A stretch of 34,170 bases of DNA from a virus (lineage: Duplodnaviria > Heunggongvirae > Uroviricota > Caudoviricetes). The stretch is taken from positions 1 through 34,170 of IMG/VR virus record IMGVR_UViG_2706796290_000001, one strand, 5' to 3'. The translations under genes were made by a program, and so were the position numbers. Position 1 is the stretch's first letter. The number at the start of each line of letters is the position of its first letter. Positions 20,913-29,950 of the stretch are shown in pieces. The notes under the pieces are model-generated. The model did no database searches. It was not told the DNA's origin and saw only the letters and a list, made by a program, of their open reading frames with translations.

Positions 20913-22905
20913 ATGTCGAATATATTTGCACCGTGTAGTCCAGTGCAAGCAAAGTTACTGCAAAGTGATGCAACAATTACAGTTTATGGTGGGTGAATAT
21001 AGGCTCCTTTAAGTAGTAATACTTATCGAATAACCTTGTGAAATGCTGGAAACCCCTTAGAGCCTTGAGTACCGAAGTGTAACAACCTTAAGGATTGGGC
21101 AATCAGCAGGGAAGCCTCTTATTAGAGGAACCCTCAACGACTATCGAAAGGGTAACGAACCGAGTAGAGTAGGGGCAAGTGTCCCGAAGTGCAAGGCACC
21201 TCAAGTAGGTGAAGATATAGTCTGGACTCATGGGAAACCTTGAGCATGCAATTGGCTAATGTGCTGTTGCATGGGTTGGCTCTAACGAAGCCTTCTTAAC
21301 ACAATCACTATGGGGTCTGCGAAAACCTATGGAGGTCTACTAAGACACCTTCAATATGTAAATAGTCCTCATTATGTTGGGTGAAAATACATGCCCCTTT
21401 AAGTGGTGACACTTATCGAATAACCCCTCTAATTGCTGGGAACCCTCTTTGAGGCAATCAGCAGCCAAGCCCAGCAGGGAAGGTTCAACGACTATTCCGA
21501 CAGGAAGTACACTCAAGTGAGTGGAAACGGGGGGCATCTCGCAGAGATGATGATATAGTCTGATCTACATGGTGACATGTAGCAAGGTTAAAACCTTGGA
21601 GTTAGCTTAACGAGCTAACACTAACAAAATGATGTTATCCGTAAAAATGAAGTAGTTCTGAGGGCTGGTGGTGGTGCTTTTGAAGAAGCCAAAGCTTTAT
21701 ACAAGGCATTTGAGCCGAGAGTTAAAATCACAGAGAAACCTATGAGGTTTCGCTTTCCTTCTGGTGCTGTAATTAACTTTGCAGGTGCTGAAGATGAGAA
21801 AGCTATGGAAAAATATCGTGGTCTTAACTTGACTGGCGTGATGGTCGATGAAGGTACACAGTTATCAGAAAGACAAATTTGGTTCTTGATCTCTCGTTTG
21901 CGTAACGGTAAAGATCCAAACATTATGCCAAATATATGGATTACATGTAACCCTGACCCTGATAGTTATTTGTTTGAATGGGTTAAGTGGTATTTATATC
22001 CTGTAGGGCATCCTCTTGCTGGAAGACCTGATAAAGATAAGAATGGATTAAAAAGATATTTCGTATCGACTCCAGAAGGTTTAGTTTGGAGTGATAATGA
22101 ACAGGAATTACTTGATAAGTATCCGCATTTATTTACAAAAGGGACTAGACCACTAAGCTTTAGATTTATTGGTGGTACAGTTTACGATAACCCACCTCTT
22201 CTTAAGAACTCACCTCAATATCTTCAAAACCTACTCCAACAGAAAGACCGAGTAGTGCGAGAACGTGAGTTGTACGGCAACTGGTTTGCACGTAGGGAAG
22301 ATTCAAGTTACTTCAACAGGTCTTGGTGTGAGATAGTTGATAAGCCTCCTGAAAGGGTCCGTAAAAGGGTTCGTTCTTGGGACTTGGCTTTCACATTACC
22401 AACTGAGACAAACCCAAACCCCGATTATACCTGTGGTGTTCGTCTGAGTAAAGATGATGAAGGTACAATCTATGTTGAAGACATGGTTCTTGAAAGGGTT
22501 GGTTCTGGGCAAATTATTGAGTTAATTGCAAAGACTGGTCTAGAAGATGCTGAGATGTTTGGTGTTGTTGAAACAACAATCCCTCAAGATGCTGGTGGTA
22601 TGGCTAAATTTGCAGCTAGGGATATGGCCTCTAAGCTAAGAGAGCATGGTGTATCTCCTATTGTAGTTCCTGTAGGTAATAAAGGCAAGCTCGTTCGTTT
22701 TATTCCATTCTCAGGTGCAGCACAAAATAAACATGTGAAGATTGTACGTGGTGATTGGAATGCAGCCTTCTTTCATCAGTTAGAAGCTTTTGGAAGTGGA
22801 AATAAGGCTGTGCACGATGATGCTGTCGATGCTGTTGCTGATGCTTATAAAAGAGTAGCAGAAAATAGAACGATTGACTATGCCATCGACTTAGCAGTTT
22901 TATAA
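20913..22905 (+). CDS. terL: terminase large subunit, join(20913..20994,21308..21382,21632..22905), 476 aa after splicing
   Basis: Splicing restores Walker A VYGGSMGSAKT; Walker B VMVDEG, TCNPD coupling motif, RuvC-like RSWDLA and HDDAVDA. Confidence 0.93.
20995..21307 (+). mobile_element. group I intron 1 (IA2-like, ORF-less, 313 nt, terminal A)
   Basis: P AAATGCTGGAAA 21041, Q AATCAGCAGG 21101, R TCAACGACTA 21134, S AAGATATAGTCT 21212; U.G at the 5' splice site. Confidence 0.92.
21383..21631 (+). mobile_element. group I intron 2 (IA2-like, ORF-less, 249 nt, terminal G)
   Basis: P AATTGCTGGGAA 21431, Q AATCAGCAG 21456, R TCAACGACTA 21485, S ATGATATAGTCT 21550; omega-G 21631; P10 UACAU region pairs with exon AUGU. 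Confidence 0.94.
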
Positions 22906-22915
22906 AGGAGTAGTC

Positions 22916-24417
22916 ATGGCTATAAATGAAGTACAAACAGTTTCTGGTTTCAGTGATACTGGGATGGTTGTTAAAAAACGTGTTAGAAGAAAAAACTCGA
23001 CCCATTAAACGTTGAGTTAGGTGTTCATGGTAATACCTTCAAGGATTTAACTGAAATGAATTGGGATGCTCTAACATACCCAACAAGCCTTGAAACATAC
23101 AAATTAATGGGCAAACATTTAGTTATCTCTTCAGCACTTAATCTAATTTCAACCATGATGGCTAGGGTTCCTTGGAGAATTGAAGCTTACGAGCCTAAAG
23201 AGGCTGATATGAAGAATGCTAAATTTATCACTGAAGTGTTTAATGACATGGATGAAGGTTGGCAGACTTTTATTTCAGAAGTATCAACAATGAACCAATA
23301 TGGACATTCTGTTCATGAGATTGTTTTAAGATACAGAAGATTTGAGGAAGGTTCACGATACAATGATGGTAAGATTGGCCTAAAATATTTACCAATCAGA
23401 TCACAACACAGTATTGCTGAATGGGTTTATGACCCTAATGGTAGAACCTTGCTAGGTATCACTCAGAAGATTCCTCAAACTAAAAAATATATGGGTTATA
23501 AAGAAAAAGAGATCTTTATTCCTATTGAAAGTCTCTTAATTTTCAGAGTCAATCCTCAAGATGGTAGCCCTATTGGGACAAGCCCTTTAGATGGATGTTA
23601 TAGTGCTTGGAGATACTTGGTAACTTATCAAGAAATTGAAGGTACAACTGTTAGTAAAAACCTTAACGGTGTGGGTATTTTTAAAATCCCATCTAAGTAT
23701 ATGGCTGAGCATGCCACTCCAGCAGACCGAAAGGTTTATGAGAATGCAAAACGTATTGTTTCTAATGTGAACAATGGCGAGCAAGCTGGTATGGTTATCC
23801 CTTCAGATTTTGATGAACTTAGTGGTAAGCCTTACTTTGGTTTTGAAGTTATTAACTCTACAGCATCTAATACATCTGTTACAGGTGAGATTGTTAAAAG
23901 ATACACCAATGAAATTCTTCAATGCTTGAGTGCAGATTTATTACAACTTGGTTCTACCAATACTGGTTCTTACTCTCTTGCCGATAGTAAAACTTCTCTA
24001 GTAGAAACTGTAGTTGAATCTCGTATGATGGTTATTAAAGAATTAATGAATAGGAAGTTAATTCCAATCATTGCAGAAGCTAATGGTATGGATTTAGAAA
24101 GACTACCTAAATTTGAATTTGGTGATATCTCTAGACCAGACCTTGAGACTTTCGCTAAGGCAATCCAACAACTTACTGCTGTTAATATGGTATATCGCTC
24201 AGCACGTAATGTCAACAGAATTGCAGAGATTCTAAGTCTTCCTGACATGGTTGACCCTGATATCTCTAAAGAGGAACTTGACAAGTTACTTGGTGTTGAC
24301 CAAGAAATGCAAAGTAAGAGTGGTAAAGGTTACGCTTCTGATACTGGTGGACTTAATGGAACATCAAATAAAGTAGCTAAGAAGGATAACTCAGCAAATA
24401 ATTTACAAAATAAGTGA
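22916..24417 (+). CDS. portal protein (main frame 22987-24417; probable true start at 22916 requires a -1 shift)
   Basis: Position after terL, size and portal-like motifs (ELGVHG, GSPIGTSPLDGCY); strong AAAGGAG SD at 22916. Confidence 0.85.
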
Positions 24418-24424
24418 GGTACTA

Positions 24425-25999
24425 ATGTCAAGAGCACACAGTATTATGCGCTTGAGTGAATCTGTTTTCAATACCCCACAATACATGCTTCCAGAGCACT
24501 TTGAAAAGCTTACCAGTTATATGATTGATCGTAACACTGGTAAGTTAGCTTGGCAAGTAGATATTGGTGCTGAAAAAGAAAGAGCAGCAAAAGAAAAAGC
24601 TGAAAAGGATAAAGATAAGGTTTTAGCCTTAGATCCAGTTAAAGCAAATTCATTCAAACGACCTGACTTCTCACAGTATCCTGAAGATGTTCGTGAGCAA
24701 GCTCGACAAGATTATTATGACTTCATTCAATATGACCCTAAGAATAAATTAGGTGTTTTAAATATTGAAGGTACGACTGTTTACAGAAGTACCCCCTTCG
24801 AGGCTATGTGTGGGATGACCTCTTACCAAAGACTCGAACGTACTATCAAGGCACAAATAGCAGAGGGTGCTAAAACCATCCTCATGTATGTTGATAGTGG
24901 AGGTGGTGAAGCATTCGGAAATATTGAAACAGCAGTTAACTTGAGAAATATTGCAGATGCATCTGGGGCTAAATTAATAGCCTATATTGATGGTAAATCT
25001 GCTTCAGCAGCTTATGCTTTATCAGCAGTTGCTCATACAGTGGTAGCAAATCCAGACTCAGAAGTGGGTTCAATTGGGGTTGTTGCTTCACTGATTGAGG
25101 ATACCTCAAAAGAAGAAGGTATACAAACAATCACACTATTTAGAGGTGATAACAAAGTAGCAACTGATGATGAAGGACGTTTTAAAGAAGGCTTCATTCA
25201 AAGAATCAACAACACACTTGATCGTTTATATGGTGTATTCACAGGCCACGTTGCCAAATACAGAAATATGGATGTCAAGGATGTTGTAGGAACACAAGCT
25301 TCTATGTATACCGCAGAGAAAGCCCTAGAGGTTGGCTTGGTGGATGTATTAATGACTCGTGCAGATTTCTTTGGTGATTACCTTCCAAGACAAACCCAAA
25401 GAGTTAACTCTTTAAGTTTCAGTCCGTTTGCTGAAACTGCCAAGTTCAAAACAACATGTGAGGATGTAAAACAAATGGACGTAAAAGATTTAGATTTAAA
25501 CCAAAAAGATAATCCAGAAGTGGTAACCCTGCAAAAATCTGAATATGAAGATTTGATGACTAAGGTTTCTGCTACTGATGAACAAATTAAATTGGCTATT
25601 GATGCTGCATTGGCTGAACAAGCTGATACACACCAACAAGCACTTCAAGCATTACAAGCTGATATTGCACAAAAAGAAGTTGACTTACAAGCTTTAACTG
25701 AACGTGCACAACTAGCTGAACAAAGTTTAATTGATCTAAAACATGAAACTTTAATGGCTGACCGCAGAGAAAAACTTGAGAAAGTTCTTGCAGTTGACCA
25801 AGTAGAAGGTGCAATGCAACTGGCTGCTACATTTAGTGATGAGCAATTCGAAGCTTATCATGCAACACTTTCAAGTGTTTACCAAAAATCAAAAGACAGT
25901 CTTAAAGAGAAGGGTACAAAGGCAAATGATGAAGAGCCTACCAAAGATTATTCTTCTATTTTAGGTGCTGCAATTCAAAAACACAATCAATCTCGATAA
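24425..25999 (+). CDS. S49-family prohead protease fused to a scaffold domain, 524 aa
   Basis: DSGGGEA, SASAAY, GSIGV (S49/SppA); C-terminal coiled-coil. Confidence 0.9.
   Translation: MSRAHSIMRLSESVFNTPQYMLPEHFEKLTSYMIDRNTGKLAWQVDIGAEKERAAKEKAEKDKDKVLALDPVKANSFKRPDFSQYPEDVREQARQDYYDFIQYDPKNKLGVLNIEGTTVYRSTPFEAMCGMTSYQRLERTIKAQIAEGAKTILMYVDSGGGEAFGNIETAVNLRNIADASGAKLIAYIDGKSASAAYALSAVAHTVVANPDSEVGSIGVVASLIEDTSKEEGIQTITLFRGDNKVATDDEGRFKEGFIQRINNTLDRLYGVFTGHVAKYRNMDVKDVVGTQASMYTAEKALEVGLVDVLMTRADFFGDYLPRQTQRVNSLSFSPFAETAKFKTTCEDVKQMDVKDLDLNQKDNPEVVTLQKSEYEDLMTKVSATDEQIKLAIDAALAEQADTHQQALQALQADIAQKEVDLQALTERAQLAEQSLIDLKHETLMADRREKLEKVLAVDQVEGAMQLAATFSDEQFEAYHATLSSVYQKSKDSLKEKGTKANDEEPTKDYSSILGAAIQKHNQSR
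25475..25999 (+). CDS. nested scaffold protein (internal in-frame start), 174 aa
   Basis: GAGGA SD 10 nt before in-frame ATG (MDVKDL); analogous to lambda C/Nu3. Confidence 0.55.
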   Translation: MDVKDLDLNQKDNPEVVTLQKSEYEDLMTKVSATDEQIKLAIDAALAEQADTHQQALQALQADIAQKEVDLQALTERAQLAEQSLIDLKHETLMADRREKLEKVLAVDQVEGAMQLAATFSDEQFEAYHATLSSVYQKSKDSLKEKGTKANDEEPTKDYSSILGAAIQKHNQSR

Positions 26000-26017
26000 T
26001 TAGAGGAAGTTCAACAT

Positions 26018-26482
26018 ATGGCAACTTTAGATTTAAATGCATTGTTTAATCTTGGTCACACCGAGTTTTCTGATGTTTTCCAGACTGAAGCTGGTACAAC
26101 TATTGGTTATGTTCGTAAGAACATCACAGTAACAGGTACGGCTGGTACAACTTTACAAATCGGTCACATCTTACAAGATAATGGAGATGGTACTGCCACA
26201 ATCCCTGCAACTACAGCTTCAATTACAAACCCTGTAATTTACTGTGGTGATGACCCTTACAAACAACAAGCTGATGGTAAGCGTGACTGGAATTCAAATA
26301 CAACTGTATTCACAGCAGATAACCTTACACAAGATGTTGTAGTTGTTTATCGTGGTCGTGTTGGTGTAGGTACATCTTACCTAGTATTCCCTGCCGATGT
26401 AACTCCAACTACTCGTGCAGCAGTTTACAAAGCTCTTGACGACAAAGGCTTCAAGATCATCAGACAAATCGCTAAATACTAA
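26018..26482 (+). CDS. head decoration protein, 154 aa
   Basis: Position between scaffold and capsid; beta-rich composition; lambda gpD-like slot. Confidence 0.7.
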   Translation: MATLDLNALFNLGHTEFSDVFQTEAGTTIGYVRKNITVTGTAGTTLQIGHILQDNGDGTATIPATTASITNPVIYCGDDPYKQQADGKRDWNSNTTVFTADNLTQDVVVVYRGRVGVGTSYLVFPADVTPTTRAAVYKALDDKGFKIIRQIAKY

Positions 26483-26587
26483 TTTTAAGATATTTACGAA
26501 AAATAGTCAAAAGGAATTGATGGTGGGTGGGATGAATTTGTTTCGCCACTCATCCCATAACACTTTCAAATATGAGGAATTTATAAT

Positions 26588-27658
26588 ATGCCAACTATTC
26601 GCAATCCATTAGATTTCAGCACTACTCTTGATCTTACTGATGCTATTAATGAGATCGTACCAGAGTATGGTGCTTTTAACAACTCTGGATTATTTAATAA
26701 ACGTGGTACAACTCAGGAAGCTGTACTTTACGAAATCAACCAAGGCGCTCGTAGCTCAATGGTTGGTACAACTTCTCGTAGAGAACGTAACACTGTTAAA
26801 GACGCTCGTGGGCGTGTTAAACAACAAGCTCTCTACATTCCTTACATCAAACACAGCGCACAAATCGCTCGTGAAGATGTAGCGTATGTTGTACGTGACT
26901 GGAAAGAGCTTACTGTTGAATCAGTAACAGAGTTATACGTAGACAAGCTTGCAAGCTTACGTAGAAACTTAGAGCAATCTCATGAATATATGGCTGTAAC
27001 AGCTACACAAGGTATCACTCGTGATCCTCTAGATGGTTCTGTGATTGTTGACATGTTCGCTATCAATGGCGTTACACAAACAGTTCATACTTGGAACTTC
27101 ACTGACCCTAACTTCGACCTTATTGGTGCGATTCGTAAGTTAAAAACTGACTTAACTCGTGCCAACCTTTGGGGTGGTGTGATTCAGTCAGTGGACGTAC
27201 CAGTAGGTGAAGCGTTGTTTAATGCTATCGTAACACACCCTCAATTAGCTGAACTTTATGTTCTTGCTATGACTGGTCGTGGTCAAGAAGCAATCAACAA
27301 CTCTCGTCCTTGGGCAACAGAAACAATGACTCGTTACGGTATTGCTTCTACGTTTACATTTGATGGTGTACGTTTCATGACTTACCCTTCAACATTCCGT
27401 ACAGAGCAAGGTGACTTGATTGAACCTATCGCTAATAACGAAGGTCATACAATTGTACGTGGTTTATCTGGTATGTATGAAGCTCGCTTCGCTCCAGACA
27501 ACAACCTTGACACAATTGGTCAAGTAGGTCAAGAGATTTTCGCATGGCGTACTCCATTGATCGAACGTCACCACTTCGAAATCATCACTGAAACAAGCCC
27601 AATCTACTTCGCTACACATCCTGAATTAATCTTCAAGATCGTAGGTACATTGGCTTAA
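26588..27658 (+). CDS. major capsid protein, 356 aa
   Basis: Position, size, highly biased codons, lambda gpE-type features (DLTDAIN, ATQGITRDP). Confidence 0.9.
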   Translation: MPTIRNPLDFSTTLDLTDAINEIVPEYGAFNNSGLFNKRGTTQEAVLYEINQGARSSMVGTTSRRERNTVKDARGRVKQQALYIPYIKHSAQIAREDVAYVVRDWKELTVESVTELYVDKLASLRRNLEQSHEYMAVTATQGITRDPLDGSVIVDMFAINGVTQTVHTWNFTDPNFDLIGAIRKLKTDLTRANLWGGVIQSVDVPVGEALFNAIVTHPQLAELYVLAMTGRGQEAINNSRPWATETMTRYGIASTFTFDGVRFMTYPSTFRTEQGDLIEPIANNEGHTIVRGLSGMYEARFAPDNNLDTIGQVGQEIFAWRTPLIERHHFEIITETSPIYFATHPELIFKIVGTLA

Positions 27659-27677
27659 TCAGTCAAATGAATAACCT

Positions 27678-27705
27678 TCTAGGCTATCTTTCTAGGTAGC
27701 CTAGA
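27678..27705 (+). terminator. strong hairpin after the capsid gene (terminator or stabiliser)
   Basis: TCTAGGCTATCT/AGGTAGCCTAGA stem; weak U-tract. Confidence 0.55.
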
Positions 27706-27775
27706 TAACTTTATCTAAAGGCATTTCATAAGGTTTAGAGATGTTTTTACATAAAGTTATTTCTAGGAGAATGTA

Positions 27776-28324
27776 ATGACATTTACATATACAGGCGATC
27801 CATCAAACAACAAAATCGATGAGCTTAGATTACTCTTAGGTGACTTAGATGAAAGACAACCAATCTACCAAGATGAAGAGATTCAATACTTTTTAAATCA
27901 AGCTGATGGTAACGTAAAGGTAGCCTTCTACTTAGCTATTGGCGCTATGATTCCAAAGTTTACTCGAATGGCAAGAGAAAGGGCTGGACAAATCGAAGTC
28001 TATGCTGGTGATTACTTCAACCACTACTTACAGTGGATTAAAATGTTAATGAAGCCTACTTCACCATCATTCCAGTTAAGAGAAGACGCTCTTTTCTATG
28101 GTGGTATTGAGAAGGCTCAGTCACAACAATACTTCCTAGACCCTTCTATTGTTGCACAACCATTCTATAGAGGCCAATTCTTCAGAATGCCAACTATGAT
28201 GGGATATCGTAGATTAACCCCTACAGGATTCGCTGAGGTTGATGAAAGTGGAAGACTTTTAGGTTTTGTGAGAGATGTGGCACTACCAGCAGTTATTGAT
28301 GACTCTGATGTGCCAAATCCTTAA
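27776..28324 (+). CDS. head-tail adaptor, 182 aa
   Basis: MTFTYTGDP...IDELRLLLGD N-terminus typical of connector proteins; position. Confidence 0.75.
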   Translation: MTFTYTGDPSNNKIDELRLLLGDLDERQPIYQDEEIQYFLNQADGNVKVAFYLAIGAMIPKFTRMARERAGQIEVYAGDYFNHYLQWIKMLMKPTSPSFQLREDALFYGGIEKAQSQQYFLDPSIVAQPFYRGQFFRMPTMMGYRRLTPTGFAEVDESGRLLGFVRDVALPAVIDDSDVPNP

Positions 28325-28333
28325 GGAGTAAGT

Positions 28334-28939
28334 ATGGCTAGGGGTGGATTACCTGAATGGCAAAAGGCCAGATATAGAACAACATATGCTGGAAAGAAAG
28401 CCTATACGGTTAGACATAAGAACCTAACCATGCATGTGAATACTGAAAAGTTAGAAGCCTTGAAAGGTGAACTTGTTAACCTATCTCTTCAACATGTACG
28501 TTATGGTATTGTAGATGACAATAGATATCCTACAAGTGACCCTAGAGGTAGAGGTGGGATGTATGTAGCAACCATTTGGAAGCGTCTTGAGTTTGGTTCA
28601 GTGGATGAGATCAATGGTAAAGCCAGAGTTATTCCACCACGACCAACATTTACACAACATGTGCACACTGGTGGTAAAGGTACAGCAAAACTTGTAATGA
28701 TGGATATCATGCACGATGTCTTTACAGGTAAATCTGTTAGGGATAAAGCATGGGTGAAGTTAGGTTTAGCAATGCAATCTCGTCTTAAATTCGATGTAAT
28801 GACTCAGAAAGGTTTTGTTCCATTGAAGTTACCTAGTTGGTCCGATAGATCCCCAACAGACTTCTATAATGATACAGGTCATTTAATTAGAAGTATTTCT
28901 TATCGAATTATGCCTATAGGTTTAGATTTTAGCAAGTGA
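28334..28939 (+). CDS. neck/tail completion protein, 201 aa
   Basis: LEFG...IPPRP and DTGHLIRSI motifs of virion morphogenesis proteins. Confidence 0.7.
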   Translation: MARGGLPEWQKARYRTTYAGKKAYTVRHKNLTMHVNTEKLEALKGELVNLSLQHVRYGIVDDNRYPTSDPRGRGGMYVATIWKRLEFGSVDEINGKARVIPPRPTFTQHVHTGGKGTAKLVMMDIMHDVFTGKSVRDKAWVKLGLAMQSRLKFDVMTQKGFVPLKLPSWSDRSPTDFYNDTGHLIRSISYRIMPIGLDFSK

Positions 28940-28957
28940 TTTAGTGGAGATTAAAAT

Positions 28958-29368
28958 ATGGAAATTATGCCACTATCATCACCTACGGGGCGTGTCAATT
29001 TAAAAGTATTGAGACATGTTGGTGGGTATTACGATGAAGATGGGATGTGGGTTGGTGGTCAATATCAAGAGATCTCTGTTATTGCCAATGTTCAACCAGC
29101 TAACAGATGGAACGTACAACAACAATTAAAAGAAGGGGACAGACAGAAAGATACAATCTTAGTTCTCTGTTACGACAATCTTGTCAAGGCAGATGATAGG
29201 GCTGATCCTTCAGGGAATCCTCAAGTTAAAACCAAAGCTGATATTGTTGTCTGGAAAGATAAATACTATGAGGTAAAAACAGCAGAACCTTATGAAATGG
29301 GTGTGCTCAATCACTGTGAATGTATTTGTGTAAGGCTAGATGATGAATCACCATTTATTGGAGGTTAA
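28958..29368 (+). CDS. head closure protein, 136 aa
   Basis: GGYYDEDGMWV, ANVQP, DIVVWKDKYYEV pattern; position. Confidence 0.72.
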   Translation: MEIMPLSSPTGRVNLKVLRHVGGYYDEDGMWVGGQYQEISVIANVQPANRWNVQQQLKEGDRQKDTILVLCYDNLVKADDRADPSGNPQVKTKADIVVWKDKYYEVKTAEPYEMGVLNHCECICVRLDDESPFIGG

Positions 29369-29370
29369 TC

Positions 29371-29937
29371 ATGCAAGACAGAAGACAATTCTCAAGAGCA
29401 TTTAGAGAGTTGATGCCAGATGTACAGTTCTACTGGTCTGGACAAGAAGGTGTAAAACTAACTCCACCAATGGTTCTATTTGATGTTTTAGCCGATGAAA
29501 TTGTTGGTATGGGTGAAAAACCAACCTCAACCGCACCAAGAGATGTAGCTGGTGATACTGACTATGTTGGACGTTATGGGGAAACTAGAGAGGTAGTCGT
29601 TCGGGTTTCCTTTATAGGTAAATTTACTGATAGCACATATGCTAATTCCAGAAAGTTTATGGCAATCGTAAAAAGTTTTCAAGGAAGAAGTGCATTTTAC
29701 CGACAGGGATTGTCTTTAGCAGGTGTCTCTCCGATGAGGCCAGTTGATGTTTCTACAGAGACTACAGCCTATACAAACAACTATGTGGATCTTACCCTTA
29801 GATATAAATCAATCTTTGAATTTAATTTAGAGCCTATTGAAGAAGTAGAAGTGAGCCATGTTCTCACTATTGACGAAGATTTAGGGACTCCAGAACCTGA
29901 CTACACAATAACAGGTACAAACACTATCACCAGATAA
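29371..29937 (+). CDS. tail terminator / neck protein, 188 aa
   Basis: Position immediately before the sheath; acidic C-terminus. Confidence 0.6.
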   Translation: MQDRRQFSRAFRELMPDVQFYWSGQEGVKLTPPMVLFDVLADEIVGMGEKPTSTAPRDVAGDTDYVGRYGETREVVVRVSFIGKFTDSTYANSRKFMAIVKSFQGRSAFYRQGLSLAGVSPMRPVDVSTETTAYTNNYVDLTLRYKSIFEFNLEPIEEVEVSHVLTIDEDLGTPEPDYTITGTNTITR

Positions 29938-29950
29938 AAGAGGAAGAAAA

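Noticed and set aside
21287-21290. Alternative G-ending 3' splice sites for intron 1
   Set aside because: They give a stop or the wrong frame, destroy Walker A spacing, and have no P10 or P9.0 support.
21742-22905. ORF-track terminase start (387 aa)
   Set aside because: Artefact of the introns: it lacks Walker A, and the true start at 20913 has a GGAGG SD.
22926-23015. Third-frame hydrophobic mini-ORF (MKYKQFLVSVILGWLL...) upstream of portal
   Set aside because: The SD is poorly spaced for this ATG compared with ATG 22916; insufficient support for a real gene.
20913-25999. Inteins in terminase, portal or protease
   Set aside because: Protein sizes are normal and no C/S...HN-C/S/T boundaries are present.
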